Shown here: one piece after another, positions 11,962 to 25,890 of the stretch
Layout: the number at the start of each line of letters is the position of its first letter
Numbering within the stretch: position 1 is the stretch's first letter
Assembly (NCBI RefSeq): GCF_006345805.1
Contig: NC_042997.1
Coordinates: 130,944,001 to 131,008,000, forward strand
DNA from: Octopus sinensis
Lineage: Eukaryota
Direction of reading: 5' to 3'
Length of the DNA stretch: 64,000 bases
Notes under the pieces: generated by a model
Databases searched by the model: none
The model's input: only the letters and a program-made list of their open reading frames with translations
Told to the model about the DNA's origin: nothing
Program-made: the position numbers and the translations under genes

Positions 11962-13957
11962 GTTTAACCCACAAAGCGCTGGGATTTGTACTTACATAGC
12001 ATGGGCTGCTGAGCACATTTTATGAAAATGAGACTGCCATGCATACATAAAAAACAAAAAATAGTTAAAATATCTTCTTAGTATACAATGATAGTAAGTT
12101 GATAGCGTTTGAATGACATTAGACTCCCAACAAACGCCCATAAATTGAATGCATCTATCTGGGCCACGATCGTGGTCTGTCGACCGCTGCCTGACGGCCA
12201 CGATCGTGACCCGTCGCGCTTTATGTGTTAAAGTCAGGCGGTATTTCAATGTGTCTGTAAGTGCGTGTACATAGGAAGTGAGTAGTTATATCCACGTGCC
12301 AGTTTATGTGGGTGTATAGATGGATGGGATAGTGCTATACAGTAAGCTGGGTGTGTACAAGTGTAGTGTAATATGGAGTGAATGTATGAGGTCGAAACGC
12401 AACGTAGTAGGGTGGTGTTCGATTATCTTGACTAATTCTTGACGATTATCTTAACAATTCCGAAGGTGTGGAAGAGCAACTGAGGCAGAAAATAACACAC
12501 GCACACACATACATAAAAATGTAAGTAGGCGAGCATGTGTGTACATACATCGAAATACAATATAAACACTTCATAAGATTTATTCTAAGCATTTACATGG
12601 TAATTTCGCATGCTTCAGATACTGAAATGAGCCAGACGAATTATTTCCGGTGAATTAAGTTTGAATGAAGCCAACTAGTCAACCAAAACTTTCTATTAAT
12701 CTATCAGTATATTTGTTTTATATGTGTGTGACATGATTTATGATACAACTAGAAAGATTAATAAAGTTTCTGAATTTGAAAGCAAAACTAGTCTCCCTCA
12801 CCATCACCACCTTCGCCTCTCCCACAATTAGGAAAAACAAAAACTAATTATAATGAGTCATTAAAGCACATCGGGTCTTGAATGATTATGCTGTTGAACT
12901 GTCAATGTTTCCCTTTCAAAATGATTTTCTTCTCAATTACCAAAGCTATGAATGCGTGTGTGTGTGAAGAAAGAGAGGGCGAGTCAGGTATTTCAATGTG
13001 GAATATTTATGTAATTAAATTGCAGAATAGTTATTTTATATATATAATTGAAAAAAGGTTCCGATACTATGTATGTGTAGGAAGAACCCATTAAGGTAAA
13101 CTTAAATGTTAGTAAATTTTGTATTCTGTTATAAACCACAGACCTTTGCGTGTTCGCTCGGCCTGTTAGAAACAGCAGCTAAATTTTCATCGCATCTTTT
13201 CAGCTCTCTCAATTAAGGAAAGGCACTCTATCTACAATTCAAAGACATCTAAAATGTCTTTGACCATAGGATGTTCAATCAAGGTTGGCCTGGGTTAAAC
13301 AAGGACACGTCGAGCCAATGTAGGGGCTCGACCTGCTAATTCCAACCAAATTTCCCACAATCCATATCCTAGTATCTTAAATAAGGAAAGAACACAGACA
13401 CTGCATGCATATACCTATAAAAGAGGAGATAGACTTTGATCCCGAATCTATATGATAGGGGTTGACATGGGTTTAAGCATCAACAACACCAATTTGACTG
13501 ACACTTTCGTTAGAAGCGGCACAAAATGCCTCAAAGACTTTCTTAACAGTTCTCTTTAACTTCAGTTCATAAATAAATAAATATCCTCAAATAAAACTCA
13601 CATAGCATATCAAACACAATTACATTTAAGTTTTAGAATAAATAGTTCAACACTTTAACAAAAGAACATACGCCTACCGCTCGATAATCGATCCCTGTTA
13701 GACGACAAATGTTGTTACTATTTGTGCGACAAGATTGAAGTATACTATACTATGTACTACTGACACCTCACTATCTGAAATAAGTAAATTCGAGAGAAAC
13801 AACAAAACATTATTCTAATATCGAGGTATATCTATATATGTGAGTATCAAAACAGGTTCCGGGTGAAGGTCTTATTGTTTTTTACCCACCAAAGAAATAT
13901 AAACAATAAGTTTCAGGTGGAATGCAAACAGGAAATATAAATTAAAGTTTCACTTAC

Positions 13958-14614
13958 CCCAAAAAGACCATTTTGCAAACCAAATGGAATTGGTGTGAGC
14001 CTAGCCAAAGCGATGACTTTGTATCCCTGGGGTCCTTCCACAACTTTAATGACAGCCTCTAGTTTTTTACTGTAAAATCTCACGGTTATACATCGACAGC
14101 AGGTCCTCAAAACTAAATAAGCAGTTGATACACCGACAGCCCCACATGTAAGTACAACAAAGATGCCACGAAGGAAACCGTATACGTAACCTGTGGTTAA
14201 CAACAGTAGAAAGTATCCCCAGGCAATGGGGAAGCTGACAAGTGTGTACATACATAGAAAGGCTAAGTAACTGACAATTGCATCTGTATGTTCCAGCCAT
14301 AACAACATGTCTTTAACATAACTCTTGAAAAATATCAGCAGCAAACAGATTATTGAAATAACTGTCAATGAAACGATGGACATATGACCACAATTTGTGG
14401 CCGAAGGGTCGCTGTAAAAACTATCTTCAAGAACTGACTGTCCACTGTTGAGATTTAGGGAATGACGCGGAGAAGACGCCCCAGAAGAAGCAGAGGAGTT
14501 TGTCATCAATGAAGATTTACAAGGTGTTAGATTCTGCATCTTCGACATCTCCGAACTTCCAGGCTGCTGAGAAAAGAAAACTTTTTCCAGCGAAGATAAA
14601 TCTCCGAATATCAT
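13958..14614 (-). CDS. TMEM64: First coding exon of transmembrane protein 64-like (DedA/VTT, SNARE_assoc domain)
   Basis: ATG at 14614; Ser-rich N-terminus, hydrophobic helices, VSFPIAWGY and VIALARLTPIPFGLQNGLFG, matching the recalled TMEM64 motif LARLTPIPFGLQN; phase-0 donor GGG|GTAAGT at 13958/13957 (219 codons). Downstream exons were not found in the window. Confidence 0.9.
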
Positions 14615-14989
14615 TTATGTAAAGTTGTGTGTAAGCGATATATATATATATAGTTCAAAGTCTCTTTAAAGATATAACTTTAAATGAAAGAAAACAACAA
14701 TAAAAAACGTCACTTGAAATTATTCATCGTTAACAATGGGTGTTCAATGGGAACCGTAATGTTTAGTAAATAAATAAACAAATAAATAAATCACAATTAT
14801 TCATTCATTAAGCTGATGTCCACAAACTTTCCTCTGAAGTATGTTCATGCTGGCATCAGCTTGTTAAAGACAAAAAGTAAGTTTTCTAACATGTTCATGT
14901 TTACGGCGTTTTATAAGAACTCCCAGATTTTCACAACCGTTGATGTGGCTTGACACTTGATTTACTGTGTTAATATGTCCGTTTGAAAA

Positions 14990-15250
14990 TAATAAAGGTT
15001 TATCGCGTGATCCATATCAGTAATACGTCTGTATAACATTTGTTGCTGCCGACCTCATTCGGCGATTCGTTTCTTTAAGTTCCCTGGGCATTTGGAGATC
15101 GCTTCGATGACAGGCAAAACTAATGTATCTTGTTACGATGCATCGTCATTACTTTCGCCTGTCATTACAGTTACGTGTGACGTAACGAGTTATTTCCCTT
15201 AGTAAGCAGAATTTTACCGATTCTGTTTCTCATCATAATGGTGTAACTAA
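14990..15250 (-). promoter_or_regulatory. Putative TMEM64 promoter/5' region
   Basis: Repeat-free, locally CpG-enriched segment upstream of the ATG; palindrome GTTACGT-gtg-ACGTAAC (15170-15186) containing a CRE/ATF-like TGACGTAA. Confidence 0.4.
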
Positions 15251-16284
15251 GCAACATATCCACTGAGAATTTTATTTAACCCTTTGCCAATTTCTCACAT
15301 TACTTTATGTTTTATGAGTTAGATTGAAATTTTTGCATATATTGGGAATATTCTTTTAATGCACTCTAACATATGACATATACATTTTTCATTCCAAATA
15401 TATTTCTCAAATACAAAAGCCGAAATATTTTTCTGAAATTGAAAACGAAAAACTTTTGCTAAAGAAAAAATGGCAGATTTAATAAATATAATGATTATAT
15501 CATATTAAAGTGATATTTTCCCTTTAAACTAAAATATTTTACCAATGTGTGAAAAACAATTGTTAATAAATGTAGATAAAAATGTAAAAAATAAATTTTA
15601 GTTGTAAAAATAATACAACAAAAGATCAAAGTATTTATTATTTAATATTGAAACAAATCATGCAAAAATATCATTATTTATTTATTTATTGATATCTTGG
15701 ATTATTTCGTTTTTGGATTTGGTTTGCGAGATTCTTTATTTGAGCTTGTGTGTTGAAGCATATTCTGTTGTGTCTGGGAAGAGTAATTTTCTTTTTGTGT
15801 CTTATAATGTAACACACTAACCAGTAAAATTTCCACTTATTTCTTATTTTTATTTTCCTAAATAAGAAATAAGTGGAAATTTTACCGGTGATTGGATTAT
15901 TTTGTTTAACCTTTTCCTTGGGATTTTTATGATTATACGCTGCAGTAATTATTTTGAAACAGCAATGGTCTTAAATACAAATTTGTTATAATCTTTTCTT
16001 GGAATTTTGCCTACAGATCTTGTTCTAGTCCAGCATTTCTAAAAAGAAGTTACCGTGAGGACTGAAAAATGAGAATAGAAAATGTTTAACAAAATTAAGG
16101 AGGTTTTAAGCAAATATCTCCTATACTTTGGTGACTCTTTTATTTCCCAAACCAAGAGCATAACTCTAATGAACTAAAAAGTTTTCTCTCTCTCTGCATT
16201 TGACCTGGACGTCTTTGTTTCAGACTTTTTACCACACCCACCATCACCACCACCATTCATACCAACATGGACTATGAATGCTAA

Positions 16285-16718
16285 ACGATGAAGAAAGTCT
16301 ACAGGTGCTAAAATCTGCTGAATAGGGCTGGTGTGGAAATTATATTATTTCATTTTTTTATGAGAAACTCATGAGTGAGGAGAAGTCAGTGAAGAATCCA
16401 ATTTTTCAGCCTTTACAGATCCAGTTGCTTTCAAAACGTCACACTAGAACTCTCAATTGATGGTCTGGCCCTGGGGGGACAAATTCTCGATGCACAATAC
16501 CACATTTCCAAGGGGGATGCTCATGGCAAGTCTTCCACATCGCTCATCATCTTCCAGGGACATTCTTCCACTTTTGAAGTGACCATGCCACTCAATACAT
16601 TGCTCATGACCCATTGCCTCATTACCATAAGCTTTTCTAAAGCATACTCAATGTCTTTGTAGCAGACTTTCCAAGCGTAACACAAAAAATTTCACATTGG
16701 CTTTTTGTTCATGTCCAA
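16285..16718 (-). mobile_element. Degenerate, internally deleted mariner transposase remnant
   Basis: Minus strand gives EQKANVKF..LGKSAT...AYGNEAM...FKSGRMSLEDDER (HTH region) and PHQPYSADLAPVDF (YSPDLAP motif). Confidence 0.7.
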
Positions 16719-16784
16719 ACACCGGTCGAACCGCCCAACCCATGCTAGCATGGAAAATGGACATTAAATGATGATGATGATGAT

Positions 16785-17000
16785 ATGTGCGCATGTGTGT
16801 GTGTGTCTGTGTTTGTCCCCCAACATTGTTTGACAACCAATGCTGGTGTGTTTACATCCCCGTAACTTAGTGGTTTGGCAAAAGAGACCGATAGAATAAG
16901 TACTAGGCTTACAAAGAATAAGTCCTGGGGTCGATTTGCTCGACTAAAGGCAGTGCTCCAGCATGGCCACAGTCAAGTGACTGAAACATGTAAAAGAGTA
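16785..17000 (+). mobile_element. SINE family A, 3' half
   Basis: Near-identical to 7940-8150. Confidence 0.85.
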
Positions 17001-17069
17001 TAAAATAAAGGTCCAATTAAGTAAAATAGGAATCAAAGGAATCTATCAGGAAAAAAATGGTTAAGAATT

Positions 17070-17479
17070 ACCAGCGTTGCCTTACTGGCACTTGTGCTCC
17101 ATGCCAGTAGGGTGCTAAGAGCACCATCCAAGCGTGATCGTTGCCAGAGTGGCTAATCTGGCTTCCGTGCCGGTGGCAAGTAAAAGGTACCATTTGAGCG
17201 TGATCGTTACCAGCGGCACCTTACTGGCACCTGTGCCGGTGGCATGTGTAAAAAGATTCGAGCGAGGTCGTTGCCAGTACCACCTGACTGGCCCCCGTGC
17301 CGGTGGCACATAAAAGCACCCACTACACTCTCGGAGTGGTTGGCTTTAGGAAGGGCATCCAGCTGTAGAAACTCTGCCAGATCAGATTGGAGCCTAGTGC
17401 AGCCATCTGGTTCGCCAGTCCTCAGTCAAATTGTCCAATCCATGCTAGCATGGAAAGCAGATGTTAAACGATGATGATG
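17070..17479 (+). mobile_element. PHD-RTE family 3' tail with ~4 repeat units
   Basis: Highly similar to 2153-2593; (GAT)n tail. Confidence 0.85.
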
Positions 17480-17995
17480 AATCACTGATCAAACCTATCA
17501 TCTCTATGAAGCTCATATTCTATGAAACTTGTATCCTATGAAGCTTTCTGATTGTGAATGGTTGTCCCTCATACTATCTCCATCTCTCTACCTCCTTCAT
17601 CCTTTACTAGGCCTATGTATGAGCGATTATTTTGGTCCATCCTTCAATTCATCAGTACCAACTTTCCCTTCTCCAGCCATGTCTCTGCTCCATTTCGGTC
17701 ATCATCCAATCACTCATATCTCTCATCTGTCCATCCTCATCACTCTGCTTCTGCCCACCTTCTTTCCTCCATCTCTCCATTTACTTTAATCATCACCTTA
17801 TCATTCACATCCCTCATCTCACCACCTGTGTGGCTTGCTCACCTACTATCATCCATCATTCTTTCTCTGCTTGTTTTCTTCTCACTGTTCTCCTCCAACA
17901 GCTTCCCTACCACCTCAACTAACCCTCATCTCTCTTATGTGTTGCATGTGTGTGTGTGTGTGTAAGTCTATGTATGTATGCATACATGTAAATTA

Positions 17996-19660
17996 TCATC
18001 ATCATCATCATCATCATCATCATATACTCAGGCCTATTCCCCATTTTTTTTTAGGAGTAGGTAGCCACAGCAAGACACATATTCCATTCATTTCCTAGCT
18101 CAAAGGAGCAAGCCCTGTTCTATGCTTGGGTCAAGGTATAGAACACAACTCCCAATATCAGCAGCAGGGACCCACAGCATATGCTGGTTTACTCCCACCA
18201 CATCATGCTGGTTCCATACCTCTTTGAGCAACATCAAAATTCACTCATCTGTCCACAAACGCTCCCCAAGCTTTCCTATCTTTTATAAACTCTCTTGCCT
18301 CTCTCACTCCAACACCTCTAACCACAAAAGCTTTCCTCACTCCATCCATCCATACAAACCAAGGTCTGCCTCTGGTTTTGCTGCCTACCACTTCAGCCTT
18401 CATCACCCTCCTTACCATCTTTTCCTCCTCATCCATCTTTTCCATGTGGCCAAACCACCTCAACATTCATCTGTCCAATTTGGTTGTTAGTTTTTCTTTC
18501 ATCCCTTTTCGTTTTCACACTTCCTCATTCTTCATCCTATCCATCCAAGTCACACTAACCATAGCCCTCAGAAATCTCACCTCAAACACATCTAGTCATC
18601 TCCTTTCCACCTCTTTCAGCCCCCACATCTCTGCACCATATAATATTGTCGGCACAATCACACCCTCATACACACCTCTTTTCACTTTCATACTCAACCT
18701 TTTATCTCTCAGCATACCTTTCACAACTCCAAGTATCTAACTCCCCTCCCTTACTCTGTATCCCACTTCCTCAGCCAACCCCACCATCTGCTGTCACATG
18801 TGATCCTAGATACTTAAAAAACACTCACCTCCTCTAACATCTCACCATTTATACTCACATCCATCCTACCAGCCCTTCCATCTCTCGAACATCTCACCAC
18901 CTTACTCTTAACTACATTCACTTTCAGTTTCCTCCTCTCACACACTCTTCCAGACTCTATTACCAGTCTCCTCAGTTGCTCTTCTGAATCTGCCACCACT
19001 ACTGTATCATCAGCAAACAACAGCTGACTCACCTGCCATTTCTCTCCATTTCCTCCCACCATTTGGGTTCTCCTACCAAGGGTTCTAGCATTTACCTGTC
19101 TCACCACACCATCCATTTATAATTTAAACAGCCACAGTGACATCACACAACCCTGTCTTAACCCCACCTCCACATCAAACCACTCACTTCACCACCCACC
19201 CTAACGCATACCCTACTTTCTTTATAAAAACTCTGAACAGCTCTCAACAATCTACAGCTCTCAACAAATACTCGATACAACCACAACACCTGCTACATTG
19301 CATCCCTATCCACTTGGTCATATGCCTCCTCTAAGTTCATAAAGGCCCAATACACCTCCCTCCCTTTTGCAAAAAACTTCTCACACATTTGTCTTACTAC
19401 AAATATTTGATCTGTACACACCCTTCCACTCCTAAAACCACACTGCACATCCCCTAGTAACTCTCTGTCTGGTTCCTCACCCTAACAACCAGAATTTTCC
19501 CATACAATTTACCAACCACACACTACAGACTTATACCCCTAAAATTTCCACTCACATTTATCCCCTTTCCCGTTGTACAGTGGCACTTTACAGGCACTGC
19601 ACCAATCCTTTGGTACTCTTCCAGCCATATAACAAACATTCATAAACCTCACTAACCATT
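17996..19660 (-). mobile_element. Second RTE-clade LINE family (no PHD insert), 5'-truncated and degenerate
   Basis: QLLFADDTVVVADSEEQL...KVNVVKSKVV...EMLEEVSVF; LRWFGHMEKM...RGRPWFVWMDGV; (TGA)n tail at 17996-18022. Confidence 0.85.
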
Positions 19661-20571
19661 CAATCATTGTCCTTTCTCATTCTTGTGCTTACACTTTCCG
19701 TACATCCTTCTCCACTGCTATTTACATCTAGAGATCAGAAATTATTCACTACCTCTAAAGAGCCTTTGGGGTATTTGACAAAATTAATTTCCCAAGTACC
19801 TATAGTTTTTAATGTTCCAGTGCATATTCCACATACAAACAGTACTTTCTCTTATAACCTTCCTATTATTCTATTGCCCTTCTTGTGTGTCTATAGCTTG
19901 CACTGGGTACACCATATGAAATTCTTGCCAACATCTTCCTTACATATCAAGCAGGGCTCTGATAGGACTAGACCTATCTTGCTTTCTAGAACTTTAGTCT
20001 TTGCTAAGTTAGCCCTAAGGCCCTTCGATTCCAGGTTTTGCTTCCACACCTGGAATTTCTTTTTTCTTCTGTTACGGAATCTGTTATGAGAGCAAGATAA
20101 TCGGTATATAGCAGTTCTCATGGAAAGCCACTCTTGAATTCTTCTGTTATAGCCTGTTGAATAGGAGGGGACTGAGAATGAAACCCTGATGAATGCCTAC
20201 CTGTACACTAAATTCATCACAGTACTCATCATTAACTCTCACCTTACTGGCAGAACTTCTGTATGTGGCCTGTACAACTTTTATAAGCCATTCATCTACC
20301 CCTAGCTTCCTCAGCACCCACCATATCACACAGCAGAGTACACTGTCAAAGGTTTTCTCCTAATTTCAAATGCCAACTACAATGGTTTATTTTTAGCCAA
20401 ATACTACTCCTGCAGTTACCTGACTATAAAGATGGTCAGTAGTGCTGCTTCTCAGATCAAAGCCAAACTGCATTTCACCTATTCTGATTCTGTTCCAAAT
20501 TAATTGGGCTATAACCCTTTCTGTAACTTTCATGACCTGATCCAGCAAATTGATGACTCTGTAGTTATTTC

Positions 20572-21593
20572 TGTCTTAACTTTTCTAGAGGAACCTGACT
20601 ATGATTTGCTTGGAGAATTGGAGTTACAAGAATTCAATCAAATGCTAGCTTATTTGACAGACATTTTCACTTGTATGAATGATCTGAGTCTATCTCTTCA
20701 AGGAAAAAACATAAACATATTGAAATGTTGTGCAAAGCTAAATGCCTTCAGAGAAAAGTTAGCTCTTTGGTGTTGATGAGTGAAAAGAAGGAATCTTTCA
20801 AAGTTTCCATCACTTGAAGAAACAGTTGATAATAATGAATCTGTAATTCCTAGTGTGGGTGAAGAAATTGTGGCTCATTTGGAAATGTTGTCAAAGTTGT
20901 TTGATGGATATTTTGAAGTAGAAAAACTGGAAACTTCTGAAGAATGGATTATGAATCCATATTCCTTCATCTGGAATATGTTATCTGGATATGTCAGATG
21001 ATAGAGAGCTGAAGAAGGATCTTATCGAACTGTATCCAAGGTGTGTCCTTGAAATGCAATTTGAAAGCAAGACTTTGGAAGAGTATTGGTGTTCAGCTAT
21101 GGATATGTTTCCAAGACTTTGTGGAAAAGCACTAGCTTTACTCATCCCATATGTGATGACGTACTTATGTGAGTCTTAGATTAGTACTCTTTTATCAATC
21201 AAAATAAAATCAAGAAATCACTTGAATGCAGATATGTGGATTGCTATCAGCAACATAACGCCATGTTATGAAGAACTCATAACCAAGAAACAGGAACAGA
21301 AGAGTAATTAACTTTAAATTCATTTATGAATGTTTAAGCGTTAGTCCTTTCAATTTTTTAATTTGTGAAAATAAAATTTGTTATAATAAAATTTATTTTA
21401 GTTTGTTATATATTCTCTTGACCATACATTTTGTTTTTGTTAACATATTGTTGAAAAATTAGATAATATAAAATATATTGCTCAAATTTATTTCACTTTT
21501 AACGTTAAATAAATTTTTAATTTTTTAAGGGGTGCAAAGACATTGTGGAAAATTTTTAGGGATGCAGGCATAACAAAAGGTTGGGAACCACTA
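20572..21593 (+). mobile_element. hAT (Buster/Charlie-type) transposon 3' fragment
   Basis: LAYLTDIF..MNDLSLSLQGK...LEEYW...TYLCES (C-terminal dimerisation region); right terminus ggttgggaaccacta followed by an atcTAaag target-like 8-mer. Confidence 0.85.
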
Positions 21594-21671
21594 ATCTAAA
21601 GCATCTTCCTTACCCTTGTAGCAGCTGATTCTGATGCTGCTGCACCACTCATTGTGGATGACAATGATCCT

Positions 21672-22025
21672 GAGTGGAAGCACTCTGTCGGTTACGATGA
21701 CGAGGGTTCTGGTTGATCCGATCAAAGGAACAGCCTGCTCGTGAAATTAACGTGTAAGTGGCTGAGCACTCCACAGACACGTGTACCCTTAACGCAGTTC
21801 TCGGGGATATTCAGCATGACACAGAGAGTGACAAGGCCGGCCCTTTGAAATACAGGTACAACAGAAACAGGAAGTAAGAGTGAGAGAAAGTTGTGGCAAA
21901 AGAGTACGGCAGGGATCACCACCATCCCCTGCCGGAGCCTCGTGGAGCTTTAGGTGTTTTCGCTCAATAAACACTCACAACGCCTGGTCTGGGAATCGAA
22001 ACCGCGAGTCCGCTGCCCTAATCAC
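21672..22025 (-). mobile_element. SINE with the same head as 6841-7090 but a different 3' module
   Basis: Shared ttagggcagcggactcgc...ctccacgaggctccggcagggg..ccctgc...ccacaactttctctcactc; sequences diverge after that. Confidence 0.75.
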
Positions 22026-22634
22026 AATGTTCCTGAATAACCTGATTAACTATACAGGATACTAAACCATATCCTACACCTCAAGATATTTTAAGCATGT
22101 CAACTTTTCCTCTCTCCATATCCTTAATTGCCTCATCTAACATACTGCAGTCAAGACAAAAAGCTAATTCCTTTGTTGGGTTTACATAGGGGATATTCCC
22201 TTTCTCCCTTCCATTCACCACATCTAATAGCTTTTCATAGAAGCACTTCCACACCTCTTTCTTTTTGGGGTCAATGAGAGCAAGCATACCATTATCCATC
22301 TGTATATACTTCTCTCTGACACACTGTCTAACAATTCAGACTGATCTTCCTTTCTGCATCTACCCTTGCTAGATAAACCTGTTGCCTAGCTTCCCACTTG
22401 GCTACCTGATATAGATCTTTGCTGCCTCCATATCTCCACTCTTTCCAAACCAGTCTCTTTGCTTGTAAGGCCCTATTTGCTTCACTGTACCACCATCAAG
22501 TCATCCTCCTTCTGGCAGAGATTTTGCCCTAGCCACGGATTTGATCTGCAACCTTCAGGAGGTTGTCATTTAAGAACTTCCAGTCATCCTCTATTTTATG
22601 CACATCACAACCTCCTCCTCTTTCTCATTAAATG

Positions 22635-22854
22635 CTTTACTCTTTTACTCTTTTACTTGTTTCAGTCATTTGACTGCAGCCATGCTGGACACCGCCTTTA
22701 GTCAAGCAAATCGACCACAGTACATTCTTTGGAAGCATAGTACTTATTCTATTGGTCTCTTTTGCTGAATCGCTAAGTTACGGGCATGTAAACACACCAC
22801 CATCGGTTGTCAAGCGATGTTGGTGGGGACAAAGACACACAAACATATACACAC

Positions 22855-22913
<59 letters not shown>

Positions 22914-23090
22914 ATATATATATACAATGGGCTTTTCTTTCAGTTTCCGTCTACCAAATCCACTCACAAGGCTTTGGTTGGCCCGAGGCTATAGTAGAAG
23001 ACACTTGCCCGAGGTGCCATGCAGAGGGACTGAACTCGGAACCATGTGATTCATAAGCAAGCTACATACCACACGGCCACCCCTGTGCCT
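22635..23090 (-). mobile_element. SINE family A, full length
   Basis: Same head, body and tail as the other copies. Confidence 0.9.
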
Positions 23091-23499
23091 ATAATCAGAA
23101 TATTTATAAACCCCTGACTGTTTGATGGATCTTTTGAGCTTCAATAACTTCCTTTTCTGAACTGAACTGCTTTCTGTCCCTGTGTCCATCTAGCCCAAAG
23201 CCTGAAGTTGCTAGCGACTAACTTGCGTTATGTTGTACATTCCTCATTGGGAAAGGACTTAGCATTTGTAAGCATCTGTCTATATCTGTTTCTGGTGAGG
23301 AAATAATCAATCTGGCTGAAATGCCCAGCAAATAGATAAGAGATTAGATGGCTGACTGGTTTCCTGAAGTTAGTGCTGTAGACTAACAAGTCATTTGCCT
23401 CACAGAACTCCAGGAGCCTTGTTCTATCTTCGTTTCAAGGTCCAAAGCTGAAACTTTCATGCACACCATAAAATCCATTAGTGTGTTAACCTACATGAC

Positions 23500-23915
23500 T
23501 TATTTCTTTATTGCCCACAAGGGGCTAAACATAGAGGGGACAAACAAGGACAGGCAAATGGATTCAGTCGATTATATCGACTCCAGTGCGTAACTGGTAC
23601 TTATTTAATTGACCACGAAAGGATGAAGGGCAAAGTCGACCTTGGCGGAATTTGAACTCAGAACGTAACGGCAGACGAAATACCTATTTCTTTACTACCC
23701 ACAAGGGGTTAAACACAGAGGGGACAAACAAGGACAGACACACGGATTAAGTCGATTACATCGACCCCAGTGCATAACTGGTACTTATTTAATCGACCCC
23801 GAAAGGATGAAAGGCAAAGTCGACCTCAGCGGAATTTGAACTCAGAACATAATGGCAGATGAAATATGGCTACACATTTTGCCCGGCTTGCTAATGTTTC
23901 TGCCAGCTCGCTACC
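23500..23915 (-). mobile_element. SINE family M with tandemly duplicated body (~184-bp period)
   Basis: tatttcttta...cccacaagggg.taaac at 23501 and 23685; single head at the right end. Confidence 0.85.
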
Positions 23916-23956
23916 CTACATGACTAATGAGTGAGTGGTGACTGTTCTTGTCACCA

Positions 23957-23993
<37 letters not shown>

Positions 23994-24288
23994 CTATTGC
24001 TTTCGTGTGTATGTGTACAAAGCCTTAATGTGTGAGCATTTAAACGAGAGAATGTAGGAGATTACCGGAATGGCCAAAGGGATCTTCAGACCTTGCAAAT
24101 AGCATCAAACATGGTGTGTGCAGATGCCATAAAACACCATCCTTGCTAATAAGCCAGCATGACAGTGTGTTGCCACCTTCACCAATTGCTCCCACTGATC
24201 TGCTGCAGCCGACTTCAAAGCCATGCGGATAAAGGTTATTTATTTCTTTTTACCTCGTTTGAATGAAATACAAACATGGCACTAACAT

Positions 24289-24331
<43 letters not shown>

Positions 24332-24403
24332 AATGTGCATGCATATACATTATTGGTTGACCATTGACTGATCTGAATTTATGCGCTGTGATTATGTTTT
24401 ATG

Positions 24404-24965
24404 TATACATACGTAAATACATACATACATATATGCATGCATACATGTATACATACATACATGCATACATGCATACATACATACATACATATATACGTAC
24501 ATGCATACATACATACATACATACATACATACATACATACATACATACATACATACATACATACGTACATGCATACATATATACATACATACATACACGC
24601 ATACATATATACATACATACATACATGCATACATACATACATATATATGTACATGCATACATACATACATATACATATATACATACATACATACATACAT
24701 ACAAACATATATACATACATACATACATATATACATACATACATACATATGTACATACATACATATATACATACATACATACATACATATGTACATGCAT
24801 ACATACATACATATATACATACATACATGCATGCATACATACATACATGCATACATACATACATACATACATACATACATACATACATACATACATACAT
24901 ACATACATACATACATACATACATACATACATACAAACATACATACAAACATACGTATATACATA
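24404..24965. repeat. Long (TACA)n microsatellite
   Basis: ~560 bp of imperfect atac repeats; source of the HTYI/VCMY ORFs. Confidence 0.95.
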
Positions 24966-25409
24966 GTATGTATTTATGAATGTATGTGTGTATGTATGGT
25001 GTAGTGATGAATGGATGGATGGATACATTAGTGTATGTATGTAAGTATATGCACACATACATAAAACACATTAAAACACATAATTTAAAGCTCACGTGTG
25101 CACAAATACTTAGACGTACAAATAGATGAATATATACAAACAACCATATACACTTATTCTCCACACAGACATTTACAAATATATTCATGTATAGTTGTGT
25201 ACAGTTGCATGCATGGCTACACAGACAAAATAAATATAACAGGAAGTAGGTAACAAAAATAAACATTTCTTGGGTGAGTGCTTGATAGGTAAATGGGTAA
25301 AGATTAAATAATTAAATAGATTCCTAAATAAATAGATAGATGCATAAATGAATAAATGAGGAAAAGGAAAGAATAAAAGAAAATAAGAGAATGAAAATGG
25401 TTGTGGCTG

Positions 25410-25574
25410 TAGGCACAGACGTGGCTATGTGGCAAGAAGCTTACTTTTTAACCACGTGGTTTTGAGTTCAGTCCCACTGCATGGCACCTTGGGCAAATAT
25501 CTCCTACTATAGCCTTGAGCCAACCAAAGCCTTGTGAGTGAATCTGGTAGAAGGAAACTGAAAGAAGCTTATCA

Positions 25575-25606
<32 letters not shown>

Positions 25607-25890
25607 CACGTGTCTGTGTGTGTGTATGTGTGTCCGTCTTTCTGTCTGTCCGTCTGCCTGTCTTTATGTCTGTGTTTGTCCCCCACCACTGCTTGACAAC
25701 CAGTGTTGGTGTGTTTACGTCCCCATAATTTAGCAGTTCGGCAAAAGAGACAAATAGAATAAATACCAGCCTTAACAAAAATTAGTCCTAGAGTTGATTC
25801 ATTTGAGTAAAGAACATTGTTCAAGGTGGTGCTCCAGCTTGACCACAGTCTAATGACTGAGACGAGTAAAAAAAAAGAAGATAAAAGATA
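25410..25890 (+). mobile_element. SINE family A, older subfamily
   Basis: Head tggctatgtggcaagaagc...gagttcagtccc, central (TG)n, conserved tail. Confidence 0.85.

Larger units (their letters stand above)
19840..23490 (-). mobile_element. Fragmented PHD-RTE family LINE interrupted by a hAT fragment and SINEs
   Basis: Remnants WWVLRKLGVDEWL, ESKGLRANLAKTKV...PCLICKEDVGKNFIWCTQCKL, and endonuclease-like NFRKP..IDY near 23300-23400. Confidence 0.8.

Noticed and set aside
1-13900. Downstream TMEM64 exons
   Set aside because: I could not find a minus-strand segment resembling the expected next exon (GLLPTQ..N.Y.G motif) by eye; probably outside the window, but tBLASTn is needed
13913-13957. C-terminal VSETLIYISCLHST of the 233-aa ORF as real protein
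   Set aside because: Read-through into the intron after the GTAAGT donor; TMEM64 similarity ends at the donor
17529-18098. Ser/Leu/His-rich plus-strand ORFs
   Set aside because: Pyrimidine-rich antisense of decayed LINE sequence and (CAT)n tail; no domain signal
24364-25266. Several 170-295-aa ORFs (HTYI/VCMY repeats)
   Set aside because: Translations of the (TACA)n microsatellite
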